The notes under the pieces: model-generated
The model's database searches: none
Told to the model about the DNA's origin: nothing
The model's input: only the letters and a program-made list of their open reading frames with translations
Origin: Bdellovibrionales bacterium
GTDB taxonomy: Bacteria > Bdellovibrionota > Bdellovibrionia > Bdellovibrionales > JAGQZY01
Length of the DNA stretch: 64,000 nt
Assembly: GCA_964230645.1 (NCBI GenBank)
Contig: CAXRHT010000001.1
Span: 448,001-512,000, forward strand
Direction of reading: 5' to 3'
Part shown: positions 20,013 to 29,942 of the stretch, in pieces
Numbering within the stretch: the first letter of the stretch is position 1
Layout: each line of letters starts with the position of its first letter
Program-made: the position numbers and the translations under genes

Positions 20013-22850
20013 TTAAGAGCTTTTCTTTACCTGATCTACGAAGTTCTTTTCGATAACAAACTGCTGATGCACTTTTTGAATTTCCTTAACCAGTAGCCGG
20101 AATTGCTGAGAATTCATGCGCACCTCTATGGGTCTCAAGAGCTTTAGTACCGAATCAAACTCCATCCCCTCTTTAATCGAAAACTCCGAGAGTGCGTAGA
20201 GATGTTTGGCTTCTTCTCCACTGATCGCTGTGGATTTACCAGTAAAAGTCTCGAACTGTCTTTTAAGAAACTCAAAATCAGTTTTGATAAATCCCCCTCG
20301 ACGGAGTACTTGATAGTTTTGAAGTTTTTTGAGCGTGCCATTGGGTAATCTCTGATAGAGGTCATTAATTTCAATGAGTTGCTCAACCACTTTACAGAAG
20401 TACTGAACCCCAGCCACACCTTGGCAGGATTCATAAAGTTCTTTATGACTGGAAAGTTTTTTGAAAGCAGAGAAGCGCTCACTAGAGCCAAGCAAATGAA
20501 GCCTAAGTGTTTCATCGACTATATCACCAAACTCCACTCTCTTTTTAAGAAACCGAGCTCTATTGGCATTTTCCGCCAATGTGGGAGCCACCAGTGAGTG
20601 AGGAGTCACTGCTGGATTAGCAGCAATGGCACGAATAAGCTCGGTATTTAAAATCTTAACGATATTGAAGTCTGAGGGCTCTTTGATTTTTAGAATATTG
20701 AGCATCTGACGTTGAAACTTTTCTTCAAAGCGCTCAGCCATATAGGGGCCGAGGTTTTTACTTTCAGACATCACCATAATGGAGTCTGAGCTATTAATCT
20801 GGTAGAGAGCGATATTAGAAAATTCAAGGGCCGCGTTTCTCAACACGGTTTTTATCAAATGCTCTGAAAAAGCGTAATTCTGAATCCACATCGCAAGAAC
20901 CCCTTCTGAGGTTAAGCGAGACTTTGCAAGCCTTATAAAGTCATCGGTAAAGAGATTCTCCACTCCCATCACCCAAGGATTTGAGGGCTCTGTTACGATC
21001 AACTCATAAGATTTGTCCGTTTTGGTAAAATGTCTAAAGGCGTCCGAATGAATATAGTTGGCTTTCTCCATAATATGGGCATCAAAATTGGAACCCGCCG
21101 TCTTATCACGATGTTTTAAAAGGGCTGAAGAAATCTCAATCACGTCCACTTCTCTAACGTCCTCGGCCTTTCCCATCGTCCCTGCTGACATTCCGGTTCC
21201 AAAACCAACGAGGGCTGCTGTAATATTTTTTGCTGGCACCAGGAAGTAAGGAAGGGCTGAGGTTAAATACATGGTTGAAAAATCGCCAAAGGTATTCCCA
21301 TCAGACTTACCGTTTACTGCGACTGTCACGGGCCTAGTCAGCCCACTTTCTTCTAGGAATTTTTTTTCTAACTCCCCTACGGAACTGTCGTTACTAAATA
21401 TGGCCACCGTTGTGTTTGGCCCATCGGTAATGAAGGCCTCTCTTTCTCCATGTTCCCAAAGTTTTAACTGAAAGGGTGTCTTAAAAAAATACTCATTGGC
21501 TTCCGTCACTCTAAAAACACCGATCGAGTGATTTTCTCTGTTCCAAGCTCCAAAAAGAATGGCCACACCTAAAACGGCACAAGCGGCTGTGTAACCTTTC
21601 TTATTTTCTTTAAAGCTTAGGAGGACACCGGCCACCCCTAACAAAATTATGTTCAGACGAAAAACAGCATCAAGGTTAATAAAATAAAGAAGTAAGTAGC
21701 CAAGAACAATTCCACCGAAGGCAGTCCCTATGGTATTAAACGAATAGAGAAATCCACACTTTTTACCGTAATCATGACCCGTCTTATCTAAAAGACTGTA
21801 GCCAATTGGTAGAATCTGCCCCATTAAAAAAACAGGTACAAAAAAGATGAGTCCAAAGAGCAAAAGAAGCATTCCATTAAAGACCCAATAGTTACTGGGA
21901 ATGATCGTAAGGCTCACTCTGACATGAGCGGCCCACACACCCCAATAAGGCACTGTTAAAAATACCAAGGACCAAAGCACCATAGCAGTGACAAGACGTT
22001 TATAAAGAGCTTTTGAAGAATGAACTTTGGGAAGAAGAAGGCTACCAAGACCCAAGGCGAAAATAAAGACACTTAAAACTGTTGGGAAAACAACCACACT
22101 CGAACCAATCGAAATTCCAACAAGGCGTATTAAAACAGTTTCAAAGCTAATGGTCACTAAGCCCACTATAAAAACGAGAAAGTATATTAAGCCTTCAGAA
22201 AGCTCATTTTTAGGCGGCTTAACAGGCTCGGGCTGATAAGCCGGTCCCTTTAGTTGATTGGCTAAGAAAATAAATGACAGAGCAATATTAAGGCCACCAG
22301 CAATCAACATGGTCATGGGGATTCCGTAATTGGGAAGAAGGAAAAATCCACCAGTGAGAACTCCAAGACAAGCCCCCAAAGTGTTCCACCCATATATTTT
22401 AGCGTGAGTGGAGTTTACCTCTGAGGCGGACTCCGGAAGAACGGTCGTTAAAACAGGAATGGAAGCTCCCATTAAAATTGTGGGAAGAAGCACACAAAGC
22501 CCTACTACGATCACATCAAAAATAAAAAAGTCGGGTCCTCCAAAACTAATGCTTTGAAACATGGGAAAAAGAAGCGGAAAGGCCACCGCATAAATACCAA
22601 TGAGGAGCTCAACATACCCATATATTTTGGTAGAAAACTGCCGCTCCCAGTCTCTAGCCATCAAGCGACCAAAGAGATAGTAACCAATGGCAAGGCCCAC
22701 TAAGAAAACAGAAACCACAATGGCACTGGATTTTGCCTCAGACCCAATCAGTATGGCCAAATACCTCTGCCAAGCGAGCTGATAAACCAGGCTCACAAAT
22801 CCTGACAAAAATGTACCCAATAAAAAGAGAAACCGATAAAAACTCTGCAT
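20013..22850 (-). CDS. Membrane-fused spermidine-synthase-like transferase, paralog 2
   Basis: LSGFVSLVYQLAWQRYL, PTILMGASIP, YGWNTLGA, VNGKSDG, LVGFGTGMSA, SDAFRHF, YELIVTEPSNPW. Confidence 0.88.
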   Translation of the reverse strand: MQSFYRFLFLLGTFLSGFVSLVYQLAWQRYLAILIGSEAKSSAIVVSVFLVGLAIGYYLFGRLMARDWERQFSTKIYGYVELLIGIYAVAFPLLFPMFQSISFGGPDFFIFDVIVVGLCVLLPTILMGASIPVLTTVLPESASEVNSTHAKIYGWNTLGACLGVLTGGFFLLPNYGIPMTMLIAGGLNIALSFIFLANQLKGPAYQPEPVKPPKNELSEGLIYFLVFIVGLVTISFETVLIRLVGISIGSSVVVFPTVLSVFIFALGLGSLLLPKVHSSKALYKRLVTAMVLWSLVFLTVPYWGVWAAHVRVSLTIIPSNYWVFNGMLLLLFGLIFFVPVFLMGQILPIGYSLLDKTGHDYGKKCGFLYSFNTIGTAFGGIVLGYLLLYFINLDAVFRLNIILLGVAGVLLSFKENKKGYTAACAVLGVAILFGAWNRENHSIGVFRVTEANEYFFKTPFQLKLWEHGEREAFITDGPNTTVAIFSNDSSVGELEKKFLEESGLTRPVTVAVNGKSDGNTFGDFSTMYLTSALPYFLVPAKNITAALVGFGTGMSAGTMGKAEDVREVDVIEISSALLKHRDKTAGSNFDAHIMEKANYIHSDAFRHFTKTDKSYELIVTEPSNPWVMGVENLFTDDFIRLAKSRLTSEGVLAMWIQNYAFSEHLIKTVLRNAALEFSNIALYQINSSDSIMVMSESKNLGPYMAERFEEKFQRQMLNILKIKEPSDFNIVKILNTELIRAIAANPAVTPHSLVAPTLAENANRARFLKKRVEFGDIVDETLRLHLLGSSERFSAFKKLSSHKELYESCQGVAGVQYFCKVVEQLIEINDLYQRLPNGTLKKLQNYQVLRRGGFIKTDFEFLKRQFETFTGKSTAISGEEAKHLYALSEFSIKEGMEFDSVLKLLRPIEVRMNSQQFRLLVKEIQKVHQQFVIEKNFVDQVKKSS

Positions 22851-23139
22851 TCAAACTTCCTTGTTCGTCTATAAAAAGGTTAGACCAAGGTCCCTTTAAT
22901 GACAATGGCTTTAGTGGGTCTTAACCCCTGTTATTTTCAATTAAATTTGTCGATCTCAGAAAGAAACCCACGAGGGTCTGTTTTTGCATTATTTTTTAGC
23001 ACCCCTTCTCCTCCTTTATTCCTTATCTTTTTTTCAAAAAGAGGGGGTAAAACCCTCCAAGAAATGACTAGAGCTTCAAACTTCTTAATTCTTGTGAGAA
23101 TCTCAAGTGATTTGGATGTAAAGAAAGGATTTATTCACT

Positions 23140-24576
23140 ATGTCTCAACCTGTGCTTAGTTTTGTTTCCGGAAAAATGACAGAGTCCCAACAGGGGGCCA
23201 GTTGGGATAATATCAATCCCGGCACCGAGGAAAACTTAGGAAAAGTTTTTTCTATTTCAGAAGGAGAGTATGAAAAGGGAATCACTGAAGCTTTAAAGGC
23301 TCAAAAGGAGTGGGCGGAGAAAACCGGGACCGAGCGTGGGCGAATTCTACACAAAGCCTCGCTCTTACTCAGAGAAAAGACAGAAGAGCTCGCCCTCATC
23401 GAAACAGAGGACACTGGAAAGCCCCTCTCCGAATCTTTAACGGTTGATATTGAGTCCGCAGCTGACGCCATAGAGTACTTCGCTGGAATCGCGTCAGCAC
23501 TTAAAGGTGATTCCTACCAATTGGGTGGCGACTTTGTTTATACTAGAAGAGAGCCTCTGGGGGTCGTTGGAGGAATTGGAGCTTGGAACTACCCCATTCA
23601 AATTGCCGCTTGGAAATCGGCCCCAGCTCTTGCCGCCGGTAACGCCATGATCTTTAAACCCAGTGAAATGACCCCGAGAACTGCCCTGGAGTTGGCAAAA
23701 GTTTATAAAGAGGCGGGTCTACCCGATGGACTTTTTCAAGTCTTTCAAGGGGATCACCACGTGGGTGAAAAAATGGTTAAAGATGAACGAATCCATAAAA
23801 TCTCCCTTACAGGAGAAGTCGGCACCGGGGTTAAGATCATGGAAGCCGCAGCCCCCACACTAAAACATCTCACTTTTGAGCTTGGCGGTAAGTCCCCCAT
23901 GCTGGTTTTTGAAGACGCCGATCTTGATCAAGCTGTCGAGGGTGCTATGGCCGCAAATTTTTTCACCCAGGGAGAAATTTGCTCCAATGGCACAAGAGTC
24001 TATGTGCATGAAAAAGTTTTAAATGCTTTTACAGAGAAACTCCTCGCAGAAACAAAAAAATTAAAACTCGGTGATCCGATGGATAAGACCACCACGGTGG
24101 GCGCTTTGATCTCAAAGGAGCACCGTGAAAAAGTGCTCTCTTATATCGAGAAAGGAAAAGAGGAAAAAGCGGAGCTTCTCACAGGAGGTAACACTTGGGG
24201 AGAGAAGGGCTATTTTGTAGAGCCCACAATTTTTGCCAACTGCACTGATGATATGACTATCGTCAAAGAAGAGATCTTTGGCCCCGTTCTTAGTCTTCTA
24301 AAGTTCAATGACGAAGAAGATGTAGTAAAACGAGCTAACAACACGCCTTACGGATTGGCCGCAGGTCTTTTTACTAAGGATTTAAACCGTGCTCATAGAG
24401 TTTCAGGTCAACTAGAAGCTGGAATTTGTTGGGTGAACACCTATAATGAAACCCCTGTCGAAATTCCTTTTGGAGGCTACAAGATGTCAGGCTTTGGAAG
24501 AGAAAACTCGGAATGGGCTCTGCTTGCCCACACTCAAATTAAAACAGTGTTTTTGAAAGGTACCAATAAAAAATGA
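23140..24576 (+). CDS. betB: Betaine-aldehyde dehydrogenase
   Basis: YTRREPLGVVGGIGAWNYPIQIAAWKSAPALAAGNAMIFKPSE, ELGGKSP, NFFTQGEICSNGTRV, EEIFGPV, PFGGYKMSGFGREN. Confidence 0.85.
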   Translation: MSQPVLSFVSGKMTESQQGASWDNINPGTEENLGKVFSISEGEYEKGITEALKAQKEWAEKTGTERGRILHKASLLLREKTEELALIETEDTGKPLSESLTVDIESAADAIEYFAGIASALKGDSYQLGGDFVYTRREPLGVVGGIGAWNYPIQIAAWKSAPALAAGNAMIFKPSEMTPRTALELAKVYKEAGLPDGLFQVFQGDHHVGEKMVKDERIHKISLTGEVGTGVKIMEAAAPTLKHLTFELGGKSPMLVFEDADLDQAVEGAMAANFFTQGEICSNGTRVYVHEKVLNAFTEKLLAETKKLKLGDPMDKTTTVGALISKEHREKVLSYIEKGKEEKAELLTGGNTWGEKGYFVEPTIFANCTDDMTIVKEEIFGPVLSLLKFNDEEDVVKRANNTPYGLAAGLFTKDLNRAHRVSGQLEAGICWVNTYNETPVEIPFGGYKMSGFGRENSEWALLAHTQIKTVFLKGTNKK

Positions 24577-25475
24577 AACTCTTTATTCTCTCCTCACTGA
24601 TCGTATCAAGCTTTGCCATGTCTCCTTCTCCTGAAGGACTGGAAGTTGTAGAAGAATACACTCTTCCTACTGTCGAAATCTCAGGGATGGCTTGGCGCAA
24701 AGATCCCACAACGTCAAAACGGGAATTGGTTCTTGTGAGTGACAGAGAGTACAGCCTTTACATCGTTGATTGGGAAAATAGAAAACCCCGCTTTCAATTT
24801 AGAAAGGTCGATCTATCGAGCTTAAAAAGTGAAGAGGACGGCGAACAGTCGGAATGGGAGTCGGTTTTTAGTGATGAATCAGGAAGAGTCTATATCGTAA
24901 AAGAAGAGCCTGGCCGAATCCTTGTTCTCTCCTCAGACTTATCTCGGGTTGAAAAAAGAATTTCCATCCCTAGGCAATCTCGTGCCGAAAACTCTGGTGC
25001 TGAAGGCCTTTTTCCTCTGAACAATGGCCATTTTATTGTGGTAAATGAAAAAGAACCGTTAAGAATTGTTGAGCTCGGCGTCCAAGGGGAAAAGCCTAGT
25101 GGTTACACATCTTCTTTAAATATTGAAAACTCAGGAAATTTTCCAGTTGAAAAAATAGGAGCCTCCCTTAAAAGCCTCAAAACCTGGGCTCCAGACGCAG
25201 ATACCCTTGAGAAATTGAAAGACTCTAGTGGTATCAATGCTGACACTGAGAGTAACCTTTATCTTCTCAGCGATGAGGAAAAAGTCATTGCTCTTATCGG
25301 AGACTCTCTCACTGAATCTCAAACAGAGGTGAGTGCTACAAAATTCTGGAAGCTTCCTAAAAAACTAAAAAACCCTGAGGGTATGGTCATTGATTCCAAT
25401 AAACAGCCTATTATTGCTATCGATAACAAAGACGATGACAAGCCAAACTTGTTTCTCCTCTCCCCTCTTCAATGA
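24573..25475 (+). CDS. Secreted beta-propeller protein (SdiA-regulated/YjiK-like)
   Basis: Signal peptide; EISGMAW, VSD, WESV, NSGAEGL, LYLLSDE and NPEGMVID blade motifs; ATG overlaps the betB stop. Confidence 0.65.
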   Translation: MKLFILSSLIVSSFAMSPSPEGLEVVEEYTLPTVEISGMAWRKDPTTSKRELVLVSDREYSLYIVDWENRKPRFQFRKVDLSSLKSEEDGEQSEWESVFSDESGRVYIVKEEPGRILVLSSDLSRVEKRISIPRQSRAENSGAEGLFPLNNGHFIVVNEKEPLRIVELGVQGEKPSGYTSSLNIENSGNFPVEKIGASLKSLKTWAPDADTLEKLKDSSGINADTESNLYLLSDEEKVIALIGDSLTESQTEVSATKFWKLPKKLKNPEGMVIDSNKQPIIAIDNKDDDKPNLFLLSPLQ

Positions 25476-25638
25476 CTGTAAAGTTTGTATCAGATCAGGA
25501 CGTTAAAGATAAAAGTTATAGTTTGAGTTTCATTTAGAATTTTATTTGATAGGCCCCTTAAAAATGAGTGTTCTAAAATGGAACCGAAATTTGCCCCTGT
25601 CGCTCATATAAAAGATAATTGAGACATCAGGGGGATTT

Positions 25639-26352
25639 ATGTCTAAAGTTCGTATCATTGTTGTTTTTGTTGGAATCGCTATTTCCTTATTAATTTTTCA
25701 AAACTGCCAGCAAGCAAGCTCGAACAAAACTCAATCTAATCAACAGGACCTAGATTCTATTGGAGACACAGAGGAACCCTTTGTTTTTAATCCCCAGGAA
25801 AGCTACGAAAAACTCAAGTGCAGCTTCTCTTTAACCGGCCAAGGTGGCTATCAGTGGCGCGTGGAGCGCTACACCGATGTCGCAGATGATTGCAAAAATG
25901 AAATCCCCACAGTGACCGCCAACAATCCAAACGCCACTGTTGAGCTAACCGCTGAAACATATGTCTACGACTCCATTGACCTTGATGAAAAATACAAATG
26001 CGAATTTAGTCTTGAGGGACAAAAAGGCTATGTGTGGAAAACCGAGCGCTACGCCATTGATGAAGTGGGTTGTGACTTGGAGTTTGAGGAAGTAAGAAAG
26101 AACAATCCTCTTGCAAAAGTCTCAAATGTTAGCCGAATATTCGTGCACGACCCCACAAACGGAACAGAAAAATGGAAGTGCGAATTCTCACTCACAGGAC
26201 AACAAGGTTTCCAGTGGCAAACTGAACGCTATGTGACTGTCTCTGATGATTGCCAAAACTTCGCCTTACAGGAAGCCCAACAAAACAACCCCAACGCCCA
26301 AATCGAAATGGAAGTGGTCTTCGTGCAAGACCTCCCGAAACTCTCTAATTAA
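25639..26352 (+). CDS. FQNC-type lipoprotein with three ~60-aa internal repeats
   Basis: LIFQNC signal; repeat EKxKCxFSLxGQxG(Y/F)xWxxERY...C...NNPxA occurs three times. Confidence 0.85.
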   Translation: MSKVRIIVVFVGIAISLLIFQNCQQASSNKTQSNQQDLDSIGDTEEPFVFNPQESYEKLKCSFSLTGQGGYQWRVERYTDVADDCKNEIPTVTANNPNATVELTAETYVYDSIDLDEKYKCEFSLEGQKGYVWKTERYAIDEVGCDLEFEEVRKNNPLAKVSNVSRIFVHDPTNGTEKWKCEFSLTGQQGFQWQTERYVTVSDDCQNFALQEAQQNNPNAQIEMEVVFVQDLPKLSN

Positions 26353-26415
26353 TGGAGTTTTAAAGCTCGACGGAAATTTTTGAGTTTTTAAAGGAATACA
26401 ACCGAAAGTGGTCTC

Positions 26416-26832
26416 TTAGTAGTTCAATGCAGACCCAGGCTTTAAATACTTTATATTTAAAAAGTGACCCATCATTAGAAGGATACTAGCTAGAATGGTT
26501 AAGCCCAATTCAAGACCCTCCACGCTGAATCCAATTGTATGCTCCAAGCCGAAAGCTCCGACTAAAAGAGCTAAGCCTAATAAGGCTAGCTTCACCGGCA
26601 GAACTCTCCCGTGGATTCTTTGAGTTTTATAAAACGATATTCCAGCAACGGGTACAATAAGAAGGATCAGTAAAAAGTGAACCCACTCGTTTTCAAAATA
26701 GGTTGTAAAAGCCGGTGCAATGTAAGAGGTCAAAGGAAGGAGAGAGCAGTGAATAGCACAGGCTCCGGAACTTAAAATACCGACCCAATCGAGTTTATTG
26801 GAAACCTCACTATTGACTGAAATATTCATCAA
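26416..26832 (-). CDS. MerC-domain membrane protein
   Basis: LDWVGILSSGACAIHCSLLP, ENEWVH, C-terminal GHFLN; four TM segments. Confidence 0.85.
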   Translation of the reverse strand: MMNISVNSEVSNKLDWVGILSSGACAIHCSLLPLTSYIAPAFTTYFENEWVHFLLILLIVPVAGISFYKTQRIHGRVLPVKLALLGLALLVGAFGLEHTIGFSVEGLELGLTILASILLMMGHFLNIKYLKPGSALNY

Positions 26833-26890
26833 TACCTTCCCTTAAGGCAAAATGGCTTAAGTAATGGTATCTATACAAAACTCTTTATGC

Positions 26891-26912
26891 TATTGCAAGT
26901 TTTTTGCATTAA
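26891..26912. promoter_or_regulatory. Palindromic operator, Zur-like (site 1)
   Basis: TATTGCAA-GTTTT-TTGCATTAA upstream of the MerC-domain gene. Confidence 0.6.
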
Positions 26913-26971
26913 AGTAGAGATTGCCCGTATTTTTTTTGTCGAGTCTGCCCCATTCTCTTTAGAGGTGGCCT

Positions 26972-27904
26972 TTAGCGGTAATCGTAGACATGAAGCTTAA
27001 GCTCGTGAACAAGCTTTTTAAGAAGGTAAGCTCCCCTCTCACTACAACCGTCCTGATTGATTCTTGGGGAATATACGGCGATTCCGAAGTTCTCAGGGGC
27101 CACCGTTAGAATTCCACCTGAGACACCACTTTTTGCCGGCAATCCCACCTCGTAGATCCATTGGCCTGCGTAGTTATACATTCCGCAAGAGAGCATCACA
27201 CTCATAAGGCGCCTTAAATTGACCGCTGAGATTAGTCTTTCCCCGTTTTCAGAAATTCCTTTTCGAGCTAAGGTGGCACCAAAACGCGAGAGACTTTCGG
27301 TATTTACTTCAATCGAGCAGTGCTTGAAATAGAGTTTTAAAACTTCCTCGACAGGGTTATCGAGAAGCTCGAAACCTTTTAAAAGGTGCCCCAAGGCACG
27401 ATTTCTCGAAGCGGTTTGCATTTCCGACGTGAAGACAGCTTCATTAATTTTAAGCTCCTCACAGCCAAAAAGCTTAGCGAAATACTCTAATGACATCTCT
27501 AGGGCCTGATCACCAAACTTTGTAATTAAAAGATCTGTGATAGCAATAGCGCCAGCGTTGATCATGGGATTAAAGGGACGTTGATATTCATCAAGCTTAA
27601 TAATGGAATCAAAAACATCTCCTGTGGGCTCAACCCCAACTTTTATATCGATCTCTTCTTCACTGAAGTTTTCAAGAGCCAGTAGATAAACGGCCACTTT
27701 TGAAATCGACTGCAGGGTAAAGCGTGCTTCGCTGTCTCCACAGGAGAAAACTTCACCTTCGAGATCACAGATACTCATTGAAAAAAGCTCCCCATTCACT
27801 TTAGCCAGTTCGGGAATATAAATAGCCGTACGACCTGATGTGATTTTTGAAGCCTCTTGAAAAGCTTTTTCTGCTAACTGAGCTATGTTCATTTTTCTCT
27901 CCAC
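26972..27904 (-). CDS. glsA: Glutaminase A
   Basis: YIPELA, FTLQSISK, VGVEPTGDVF, PFNPMINAGAI, CGMYNYAG, GLPAKSGVSGG. Confidence 0.95.
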   Translation of the reverse strand: MERKMNIAQLAEKAFQEASKITSGRTAIYIPELAKVNGELFSMSICDLEGEVFSCGDSEARFTLQSISKVAVYLLALENFSEEEIDIKVGVEPTGDVFDSIIKLDEYQRPFNPMINAGAIAITDLLITKFGDQALEMSLEYFAKLFGCEELKINEAVFTSEMQTASRNRALGHLLKGFELLDNPVEEVLKLYFKHCSIEVNTESLSRFGATLARKGISENGERLISAVNLRRLMSVMLSCGMYNYAGQWIYEVGLPAKSGVSGGILTVAPENFGIAVYSPRINQDGCSERGAYLLKKLVHELKLHVYDYR

Positions 27905-28172
27905 TGCAATGGGTTCAACTTTACTACAACAACAAAGAGAAGGCTTCCCTTCAAGTAAAGTTTTTACAATATTTTAGAGCCACACTCTTGCTTTGGCTTT
28001 TATCAACGAGGGGATCACCAGTATTCATTCGAATGTTCTGTCAACAGTAAGAACTTGGCTAAAGTTTCAACTAGAGACACAAAACAATTATTAAGTGAGG
28101 CCCCTTTCCCTGCTTTACTCGAAGGGACCCCAGACTGCAGAGGCCTCTCGGTGGTTTTCCAGAACAAAAATA

Positions 28173-28212
28173 TTGACTTCCACAGCAGTTTATTGCAAAA
28201 TATTTGCATTAA
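28173..28212 (+). promoter_or_regulatory. Sigma70-like promoter overlapped by a Zur-like operator (site 2)
   Basis: TTGACT (28173)-N17-CAAAAT; TATTGCAA-AATAT-TTGCATTAA at 28191-28212 covers the -10. Confidence 0.6.
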
Positions 28213-28249
28213 CGGCACCGAGCCCCTTTAGATTCAGGGAGAATCAAAT

Positions 28250-28948
28250 ATGAAAAACGATCCTATCGTAGAAGTTTTCGATAACATGGGTGTTGAAGCC
28301 TATGAGAAATTTAATCTTCATTTTCAGCCGGTAGCAAAGGGCATGTATTTATTAACTATGCTTACCCTTAAGAATCTTCCTGAAAAGGCAAAGATACTTT
28401 GTGTCGGCGTGGGCACAGGGGCTGACATCATTGATATCGCACAAATGAAACCCGGGTGGAAATTTACTGGAATCGAACCCTCAAAGACAATGCTTGAAGG
28501 ATGCAAAAAGAACCTCGAATCAAAGGGTCTCACAGATCGTTGCGATTTATTTCAAGGCTATTTGTCTGATTTCCAGACTTCAGAGTCCTATGACGCCGTT
28601 CTGTGCTTTTTTGTTTTCCATTTTATACCCGTAGAAGAAAGAAAAAAAATATTCGCCGATATTCAACAGTATCTCAAACCCGGGGGAACTTTTGTGCACG
28701 CTGAGATAAGTTGCGACTTTGAGTCTAGAAACTTCTCCCAACAACTAGAAGACTGGAAGTCACTTCACGGCCATGCAGGCGCTACGGAAGAAAAGTTAGC
28801 GGAAATGCAAAATGTGTTAAAGAATCAACTTTCGGTCCTCTCCCCTCAAAAAACCGAAGCTTTATTGAAGGAATTAAAATTCGATGCTCCAACTCTCTTC
28901 TTCCAGTCTTTTTTGATACGCGCCTGGCATTCGAAAAAAACTGTTTAG
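28250..28948 (+). CDS. Class I SAM-dependent methyltransferase
   Basis: ILCVGVGTG, TGIEPS, YDAVLCFFVFHF, LKPGG. Confidence 0.88.
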   Translation: MKNDPIVEVFDNMGVEAYEKFNLHFQPVAKGMYLLTMLTLKNLPEKAKILCVGVGTGADIIDIAQMKPGWKFTGIEPSKTMLEGCKKNLESKGLTDRCDLFQGYLSDFQTSESYDAVLCFFVFHFIPVEERKKIFADIQQYLKPGGTFVHAEISCDFESRNFSQQLEDWKSLHGHAGATEEKLAEMQNVLKNQLSVLSPQKTEALLKELKFDAPTLFFQSFLIRAWHSKKTV

Positions 28949-29059
28949 AGGTATGAGTTACATTTAAAAGAGGCGTAGTGATCTAACCGCGCGGTTTCCT
29001 TTGAGACCAAGATAAATAGTAAAATTGACAACTCCTCTGGGATTGCATAGTTTCTTTTC

Positions 29060-29165
29060 TCAGATAAACACCTGTTTGTCAGATGAAGTCCGGTGAGAAT
29101 CCGGCACTGTCCCGCAACGGTATGCAAGAGGGTCTTGTAAGTCCGATCTCTGCTTTCAGGTCAAA
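29060..29165 (+). promoter_or_regulatory. Cobalamin (B12) riboswitch
   Basis: GAAGTCCGGTGAGAATCCGGCACTGTCCCGCAACGGTA...short stem...AAGTCCGA matches the conserved cobalamin-riboswitch core. Upstream promoter TTGACA (29025)-N17-TAGTTT. Confidence 0.85.
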
Positions 29166-29289
29166 CTAACGCAACTTAAGTTCTCCGAGGCAGAGAAAAA
29201 GCGTTCCTTTGGATGGGTTATTCTACCAACCATAGCCGCTTTTCTCCACCTCTAATAACTTAGCTTAGCGTCTCTCGGAGGAAGAGAAT

Positions 29290-29760
29290 ATGGTGACTCA
29301 AACAAATCTTAAAAAGGCTGATGAACTGGTCATGGTTGAGATGGTATTTCCCAATACGACCAACCACTACGGAACTTTATTTGGAGGAAAGGTTTTAGAC
29401 CTTATGGACCGAGCCGCTTTTTTAGCGGCCACACGTTTCACGGAAAAAACCATCGTGACCGCAAGTATGGAGCGAATCGACTTCTTTTGTCCGATTAAAA
29501 GTGGCCACCTCATCGAACTCAAAGCAAAGGTTATCTACACAGGAAAGACCTCACTCACAGTCAAAGTCGATCTCTACGCTGAAAATCCTTTAAAAAGCTA
29601 CAGAGAACAAGCCAGCCGTGGCTTCTTCCATATGGTGGCCATTGGAGAGCATGGTAAACCAACTTTAATAGACGGTGTTTTGATTGAAACCGATGAGGAA
29701 AAACGAGATTGGCAAAAAGCTACAGCCCTCCGGGATGGCTTTAAGAAAGAGAGGCTCTAA
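29290..29760 (+). CDS. Acyl-CoA thioesterase (hotdog, YciA-like)
   Basis: VFPNTTNHYGTLFGGKVLDLMDRAA, VTAS...IDF, GKTSL, FHMVAI. Confidence 0.92.
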   Translation: MVTQTNLKKADELVMVEMVFPNTTNHYGTLFGGKVLDLMDRAAFLAATRFTEKTIVTASMERIDFFCPIKSGHLIELKAKVIYTGKTSLTVKVDLYAENPLKSYREQASRGFFHMVAIGEHGKPTLIDGVLIETDEEKRDWQKATALRDGFKKERL

Positions 29761-29942
29761 ACAGGACTACATTTGAAATCAATCTCCCAATTGAGGATAA
29801 TCCTATAGTCCGAAAGAAAATTATCAGCGAGGAAGTGTTCGCCTAATTACTCTAGTTCATTCAAGGAGATGAATGCGAGGCCTTATCGTGTTCAAATACG
29901 AACCATTCGAAAAATGGGGATCTATTTGTTTTAAAATGAATA

